Source: Candidatus Eiseniibacteriota bacterium (GTDB lineage: Bacteria; Eisenbacteria; RBG-16-71-46; CAIMUX01). From it: DNA of 64,000 nt. The notes beneath the pieces are model-generated. The model worked only from the letters and a program-made list of their open reading frames with translations. It was not told where the DNA came from and did not search any database. The translations under genes were made by a program, and so were the position numbers. The stretch covers positions 100,693 to 164,692 of the forward strand of contig JAWKQE010000014.1 in the NCBI GenBank assembly GCA_041390305.1. Direction: 5' to 3'. Each line of letters begins with the position of its first letter. The stretch's first letter is position 1. Below are positions 58,857-64,000 of this stretch, one piece after another.

Positions 58857-60821
58857 ATGTTTCAACGTCTCCTGAGTGTGTGCTCTCGTTTCCCCCGCTT
58901 CACGGCACGCGGGCACGCGTCGGCTCTGCACCGCGGCCAGACTTCGCTCCGCGCTGCGGCATTGCGATACGTCGCAGCCCTGCTCTCCGCCACGTTGCTC
59001 TCCGCGTGCGGCTTCTCCGACGATCCCCGTGAGCTCTCGAGTCCTTCCACGACGGCAGTGCAGGGCGGCGAGGAAACGGGGCCTCACGCCCGCCTACTCC
59101 TCCCGAGCCTACCGGGTCGGTTCGTGGTCGGGCCTCCACGCGTCCACTGCCGGTGGGACGCGTTCGATCAGGCTGGAGGACTCGGCACCTCTGCGATTCG
59201 CCCCACGGCATTCGAGTACAAGCTGGTCGAGACCGAGTCCATCTCCAACAACGGGATCATCTCGGCGTTGGAGAGCGGTACCAACCTGCTGGGGTCAGGA
59301 GGCGACGATCCGACCGGCTGGATCCGAGTGCCGGCTTCGATCCGAGACCGGAGCTTCGACGTGGGACCCGATACCCCGCCTCTTGTCGCCTTTGGGGTGA
59401 GGGCCGTCGATGACCAAGGTGTTCCGGAGTCCGTGGAGCCGGGCACGAACGCCGTTGCCCTCCACGTCGACGACACGCCTCCACAGGTGGAGCTGACCAT
59501 CACGCAGCCGGAAACGGGTCTCGAGGCTTCGTTCGATCGGTCCACGACGACGTGGGAGGTCAGCGTGCCGCCTGAGTTCGACCTCCAGCTCGACTGGCAG
59601 GTGGATGCGTCTGGCCATGGGGCTCCCCCGGGGCCGACCGACTATGCCCTCGATCTCGTCGATCCCGACCTCGAGGACGCGCGCAGCCCGAATGGAATCG
59701 GAGGATGGATCGGATGGGCAAGACGCGACGGACTCGATGCACCGTTCCGCTTCTCCCGTGAGGAGGCCGGAACCGAGCACATGCTCTACATCCGGGCACG
59801 GGACGCATTCGAAGCGCCTGAGAACGAGCTGCGCGTGACCGTGCGTATCCACGTCCTGCCGATTCACCTCGATCGATTCGCGCTCGTGGTGGACGACACG
59901 AAGTTCGTAGGGCCGAGCGACTCTGCCCACGATGCCTACATCGACGAGTTCGTGGCGACACGACTCCACGAACTCGGCCCGGTCGACGTCTACAACGTGT
60001 ACGGCGATCCCGAAGGGTCCAGTCCACGCGCCATCGGTATCGAACAGCTCGGCCACTACCGGGTCGTGCTCTGGCACGCGGCCGTGGGTACGGCTGCCAA
60101 CTCCGGGCTCGGCCGTTCCCAGGAGGCCCTCGCCCAGTACCTCGCGGGAGGCGGACGCATCTTCTTCGTGGGTGGTCGGCTCAGCAGCCTCTCTCTCGGC
60201 GACTTCTTCTACCCGAAGGCGCCCCTGCCCGAAGCCGGAGAGGGAACCTTCACCTTGGACTCGTTCGTGTGGCGCAAACTCCGGTATCAGGACGAAGTGG
60301 TCGGAATCCCGACGAACGGTACACGACGGGTGAAGGAAGCATCCGGGATCATCGGATGCCGTTCTCTCTCCGCGGAGTTCCCCACCCTGGAACTGGACCC
60401 ATCGAAGTGGGATCCCTGGGTGGAGGAGGATGGGTACTACCGAGGCGGAATCGCGGACTGGGAGGGTGTCCTGAAGGACTCGCCGGCTCAGGAGCCTCCC
60501 GCTGGCTTCGAGCCGATGTACGCACCGGATACGTTCGACCACTCACTCTGCTGTGGCGACGTCACCCCACTGTACGAAGAGGCCGTGATGGCACACCGCT
60601 ACGAGTCGCCTCTCCCGCCGGGGAGCGTCGGCTACCAGGGCCGAACCGTCGTGTTCAACTTCCAACCGTGGTACTTCGAGTCGGAGGGGGTCGCTGAAGC
60701 CTGCCGCCTTGCCGTCGACTGGATCGTCGACGGACTGGGCTCGCCCCGCGAAACGAACCTGTCGCCCACGGCAGTCGCAACGAACGACCGGGGTCTCGGA
60801 CTGGGACGCACCGAGCGCTAG
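58857..60821 (+). CDS. lipoprotein of unknown function
   Basis: ATG 58857 follows GAGGT. A lipobox LLSACG sits about residue 50, so the true start may be further downstream. No family was recognised. Confidence 0.6.
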   Translation: MFQRLLSVCSRFPRFTARGHASALHRGQTSLRAAALRYVAALLSATLLSACGFSDDPRELSSPSTTAVQGGEETGPHARLLLPSLPGRFVVGPPRVHCRWDAFDQAGGLGTSAIRPTAFEYKLVETESISNNGIISALESGTNLLGSGGDDPTGWIRVPASIRDRSFDVGPDTPPLVAFGVRAVDDQGVPESVEPGTNAVALHVDDTPPQVELTITQPETGLEASFDRSTTTWEVSVPPEFDLQLDWQVDASGHGAPPGPTDYALDLVDPDLEDARSPNGIGGWIGWARRDGLDAPFRFSREEAGTEHMLYIRARDAFEAPENELRVTVRIHVLPIHLDRFALVVDDTKFVGPSDSAHDAYIDEFVATRLHELGPVDVYNVYGDPEGSSPRAIGIEQLGHYRVVLWHAAVGTAANSGLGRSQEALAQYLAGGGRIFFVGGRLSSLSLGDFFYPKAPLPEAGEGTFTLDSFVWRKLRYQDEVVGIPTNGTRRVKEASGIIGCRSLSAEFPTLELDPSKWDPWVEEDGYYRGGIADWEGVLKDSPAQEPPAGFEPMYAPDTFDHSLCCGDVTPLYEEAVMAHRYESPLPPGSVGYQGRTVVFNFQPWYFESEGVAEACRLAVDWIVDGLGSPRETNLSPTAVATNDRGLGLGRTER

Positions 60822-60887
60822 ACGGACATTGGTAGGGGAGTCGGGAAGACTCGGTCGAACCGAGCCCCGATCGCGCCGACCGGAAAC

Positions 60888-60925
60888 GAGAGCGGGGCAG
60901 CGATAGAGTGCTGCCCCGTTCTCTC
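60888..60925. terminator. stem-loop between convergent genes (CGGGGCAGC-N8-GCTGCCCCG)
   Basis: Perfect 9-bp stem at 60893-60901 and 60910-60918, extendable through GAGAG/CTCTC with a TT bulge, then T/C-rich sequence. Confidence 0.55.
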
Positions 60926-60989
60926 CCACCGGGTCCTTCTCTGGCGCGTCACGATCCAGGCGGGGACGGTCGAATCGCGCCGCCTCGCC

Positions 60990-61963
60990 CTATCCGAGCA
61001 GACCCTGCACGGTCTCGCGCTCGTTCTGGAGCTCCGCGATCGACTTCTGGAACTTCTCCTTGCCGAAGTCGGAGAAGTCGAGGCCCTTGACCACGTCGTA
61101 CGTCCCGTCGCCCTTGCAGGTGACCGGAACGGAGCAGAGGAGGCCTTCGGGGATGCCATAGGTGCCGTCCGAGACGACCGCCATGCTCGTCCACTCGCCC
61201 TTCGGCGTGCCCTGGTAGAGATAGCGGGCGTGATCGAGCGCAGAGCTGGCGGCCGACATCGCGGACGACTTGCCGCGCGCGTCGATGATCGCCTTGCCGC
61301 GCTCCTGGACCGTCGGGATGAACGTGTCCTTCATCCAGGCCTCGTCGCCGATCACTTCCGGCGCCGGCTTGCCGCCGATCGTGCAGTGGCGCCAGTCCGG
61401 GAACTGCGTGTTCGAGTGGTTGCCCCAGATGATGACGTTCTTCACGTCGGTCGAGTGCACACCGGCCTTGGCCGCGAGCTGGCATGGCCCGGTTGTGGTC
61501 GAGCTGCGTCATCGCGGTCCAGCGGTCCGCCGGGATCGACGTTGTTCATCGCGATCAGACAGTTCGTGTTGCAGGGGTTTCCGACCACGACGACCCGGAC
61601 GTCCTTCGACGCGACCTTCGCGATCGCCTGGCCCTGTCCGGTGAAGATCGGGCCGTTGTCGAGGAGGAGATCCTTCCGCTCCATGCCGGCCGTACGCGGC
61701 TTGCTCCCGACGAGCAGAGCGAGGTCCACGCCTTCGAACGCTTCTTCGAGCTTGTCGGTGCAGACGATCCCCTTGAGGAGCGGGAAGGCGCAGTCGTCCA
61801 GCTCCATCGCGACTCCCTTGAGCGCCTGGAGGGCGGGACCGAGCTCGAGACACTGGAGGATGACTTCGACGTTGGGGCCGAACACCTCGCCCGCCGCGAT
61901 CCGCGGTACCAGGCTGTAGCCGATCTGCCCGGCGGCTCCAGTGACGGCAACTCTCTTGACCAT
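60990..61963 (-). pseudogene. mdh: malate dehydrogenase, two frameshifts within about 60 nt (~61531-61540 and ~61478-61486)
   Basis: The N-terminal part is [18 protein letters not shown]...[17 protein letters not shown] (ORF 61442..61963). The middle part [18 protein letters not shown] is in the frame of ORF 60949..61512. The C-terminal part [29 protein letters not shown]... is in ORF 60990..61460. GGGGAG lies upstream of the ATG. Confidence 0.8.
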
Positions 61964-62214
61964 GGTTCAGCTCCCCTTTCTCGGGACGGTGAGTCTCCCC
62001 GGACGAAACGCCCAGTATGGCACGGAGGGTTATCCCGTGGGGCGAACCGACGCAATCGGGAGTTTCCGAAACCGCTCGATCGCCCCCGCCGGCGATCGGA
62101 TCGACGTTCCAACCAGCTGGCCCGGCCCGTGTTCGGGTCGTCCTGAGCCCCCCACTGCACCGGCCGACCGACCACGGTGGGGCACTCTCGCCGTCCCGCG
62201 AGCGAAAACGGCGC

Positions 62215-62231
62215 CGGTGTCCCTGACACCG
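62215..62231 (-). terminator. small stem-loop downstream of the 62269..62967 gene
   Basis: CGGTGTC / GACACCG stem with a 3-nt loop. On the minus strand it is followed by GGCGCCGTTTTCGC. Confidence 0.35.
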
Positions 62232-62268
62232 AGCGCCGTCTTCTCGAGGCCGAACCCGAACTCCGGGA

Positions 62269-62967
62269 TCAGTACTCCTGGACCTGGACCCGCTTCTGGA
62301 AGTCGTCCTCGGAGAGCGAGCCGTTCGCGGCGGCACGCAGGTCGGAGATCTTGACGACCATCTCGAGTGTGCGGATGTCGCGATCCCAGAAGAGGTCGTC
62401 GTCACCGAGGCACGCAACCACCGTCACCGTCTCGTTCGCACCGATCGACTCCATGGTGTCGCCGAAGTCGTAGAGGAGGTCGAAGACTTCCTGCTTCCCG
62501 CGCTCGAAGAGGCGTTCCTCGCGATCGACGTAACGGTCCTTGCGGGAGTCGCTCTTGTCGTCGTCTCGATCACGGTCACGATCACGGCGATCCCGCCGGT
62601 CCCGCCAGTCGTCGTCGTCCCACCAGCCGATGTTGAAGCGGAGCTTCCGCCCCCAGTCGCGATCGACGAGCGAGGCCTGGAACGTGTAGATCACTCCGTG
62701 GCCGGGCACGTAGTACCCACGCGTGATGTCCCGTCCTGGGACGAGCCAGTTCGGGGAATCGATCAGCATGTCGTCCATGACCCGCTCGAACATCCGGATC
62801 TCGCGCTGCGCCTTCTTGCTCGGCGGGTCGGCCTGCGCGACTCCGAGCGAGAGGACGAGGAGTCCGGTTACGGCGAGCGCGACGAACGCTCCCACCCAGT
62901 TCCAGCGTCGATCCCAACGGCGTCCCGCCCGCGGCGCCTGGTCATTCGTCATCGTGTTCCGCTCCAT
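62269..62967 (-). CDS. membrane-anchored hypothetical protein with Asp/Arg-rich low-complexity segment
   Basis: ATG 62967 lies 6 nt after GAAGGAGGAGG. It has a TM anchor (WNWVGAFVALAVTGLLVLSLGVA) and a DWRDRRDRRDRDRDRDDDKSDSRKDR tract. Confidence 0.6.
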   Translation of the reverse strand: MERNTMTNDQAPRAGRRWDRRWNWVGAFVALAVTGLLVLSLGVAQADPPSKKAQREIRMFERVMDDMLIDSPNWLVPGRDITRGYYVPGHGVIYTFQASLVDRDWGRKLRFNIGWWDDDDWRDRRDRRDRDRDRDDDKSDSRKDRYVDREERLFERGKQEVFDLLYDFGDTMESIGANETVTVVACLGDDDLFWDRDIRTLEMVVKISDLRAAANGSLSEDDFQKRVQVQEY

Positions 62968-63181
62968 CTGATGCCTCCTCCTTCTGGGTCGTCCGACCGG
63001 CGACCTAGACGCGGCAGTTCGTCTGTCCGGTCGGCCCTGGTCTTGCATCCACTCGGGAGGACGGGCTTCCCGCGCGGGCCGTTCAAAGCCGCCGCTCGAA
63101 TCGGAGCCCTTTCCGGTATACTGGGGAATCGCCCACTTGCAGCCCGGACCCGGCGGTACCGGGGAATCAGAGAGGAATCAG

Positions 63182-64000
63182 ATGTCAGAGCCCCGTCTCC
63201 TTCCCACTCCCCGGAGGTGCGCCGCCACCACCTTCGGCAGCCTCGGAACCCGTGTCCTGGCGACCCTGGGCGCGGCCGCGCTCACCGCGCTCGCCGTGAC
63301 GCCCGCATCCGCCATCCGTGTGGCCAGCTACAACTTGCTGAACTACACGAGCGGCCGCGAGGCCCAGTTCCGGGTCTCCCTCGGCTACATGGACGTGGAC
63401 GTTCTCTTCGTGGAGGAGATCCTCTCCCAGGCCGCCGTCGACCAGTTCCGGACGCAGGTTCTGGAGGTGCTGAACCCGGGCGAGTGGGCGGCCGCTCCGT
63501 TCGTGAACGGACCGGACACGGACTCGGGGATGTTCTACCGGACGTCCAAGGTGCAGTTCGTGGACCATGTCGTCATCTCGACGGCGCTCCGGGACATCGA
63601 CGAGTACACCTTCCGGCCCGTCGGCTACGACGACTCCTCCGCCAACATCCGGGGCTATGTCGTCCACCTCAAGGCCAGCCAGGGCTCGACCGAGGAGCAG
63701 CAGAGGCTGGCCGAAGTCCAGCTCATGCGCGCCCGCATGGAGACCTTCCCGGCCGGGCAGAACTACTTCATCACCGGTGACTTCAACATCTACACGAGCA
63801 CCGAGCCGGCCTACGCCTACATGCTGAGCACGACGCCCGGCACCGCCGGTGTCGTTCAGGACCCGATCGCGGCGCCCGGGAACTGGCATAACAACGGATC
63901 GTTCGCGTCGATCCACACCCAGTCCCCCCGCACGACCCAGTTCGGCGGCGGCGCGAACGGGGGACTCGACGACCGGTTCGACATGCTCCTCGTGTCGCCG
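63182..64000 (+). CDS. endonuclease/exonuclease/phosphatase (EEP) family secreted protein, 3'-truncated by the window edge
   Basis: This gene is absent from the ORF track because it has no stop inside the window. My hand translation from ATG 63182 gives MSEPRLLPTPRRCAATTFGSLGTRVLATLGAAALTALAVTPASAIRVASYNLLNY...FITGDFNIY...GGLDDRFDMLLVS, which carries the EEP motifs. Confidence 0.7.
   Translation, partial: MSEPRLLPTPRRCAATTFGSLGTRVLATLGAAALTALAVTPASAIRVASYNLLNYTSGREAQFRVSLGYMDVDVLFVEEILSQAAVDQFRTQVLEVLNPGEWAAAPFVNGPDTDSGMFYRTSKVQFVDHVVISTALRDIDEYTFRPVGYDDSSANIRGYVVHLKASQGSTEEQQRLAEVQLMRARMETFPAGQNYFITGDFNIYTSTEPAYAYMLSTTPGTAGVVQDPIAAPGNWHNNGSFASIHTQSPRTTQFGGGANGGLDDRFDMLLVSP

Noticed and set aside
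1-64000. Mobile element, prophage, defence island or secondary-metabolite cluster.
   Set aside because: I found no integrase, transposase, recombinase, phage structural, restriction-modification, toxin-antitoxin, Cas, reverse transcriptase or core biosynthetic (NRPS, PKS, RiPP) genes. No flanking direct repeats or tRNA attachment sites are apparent.

Overview
This is a GC-rich (roughly two-thirds G+C by eye), densely coding bacterial chromosomal segment with about 45 protein genes. I see no rRNA, tRNA, CRISPR array, transposase, integrase or phage genes.

Gene content is mostly central and catabolic metabolism:
- two adjacent atypical response regulators, an MFS transporter, SthA, and a Thr/Ser dehydratase
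- RNase HII, Kbl, ThiI, MalQ, citrate synthase, MgtE
- aerobic benzoyl-CoA pathway genes BoxB and BoxC, separated from each other and with no BoxA in the window
- ribosomal protein L33 (too short for the ORF track), and a TldD/PmbA pair
- an ECF sigma factor with a FecR-type anti-sigma factor
- kynureninase plus kynurenine formamidase, and fumarylacetoacetase
- a four-gene beta-oxidation operon and malate dehydrogenase

Three large secreted beta-propeller proteins (BNR, FG-GAP, LVIVD) end in the same T9SS-type sorting-like C-terminal domain. That hints at an FCB-group or Gemmatimonadota-like organism; this is inference.

The most unusual observations are:
1. At least nine genes are broken by small indels. 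A 4.1-kb FG-GAP gene has more than 20 frame changes, and mdh is also hit. This is either genuine gene decay or unpolished consensus errors.
2. A 1.06-kb gap between genes holds a strictly 42-bp-periodic degenerate tandem array of about 15-16 units that no annotated feature explains.
3. A GGGGAATCG-like motif recurs in several promoter regions, including upstream of both box genes.

I did not find a convincing self-contained novel system such as a defence island, RiPP cluster or mobile element. The 42-bp array is the best candidate for something undescribed.
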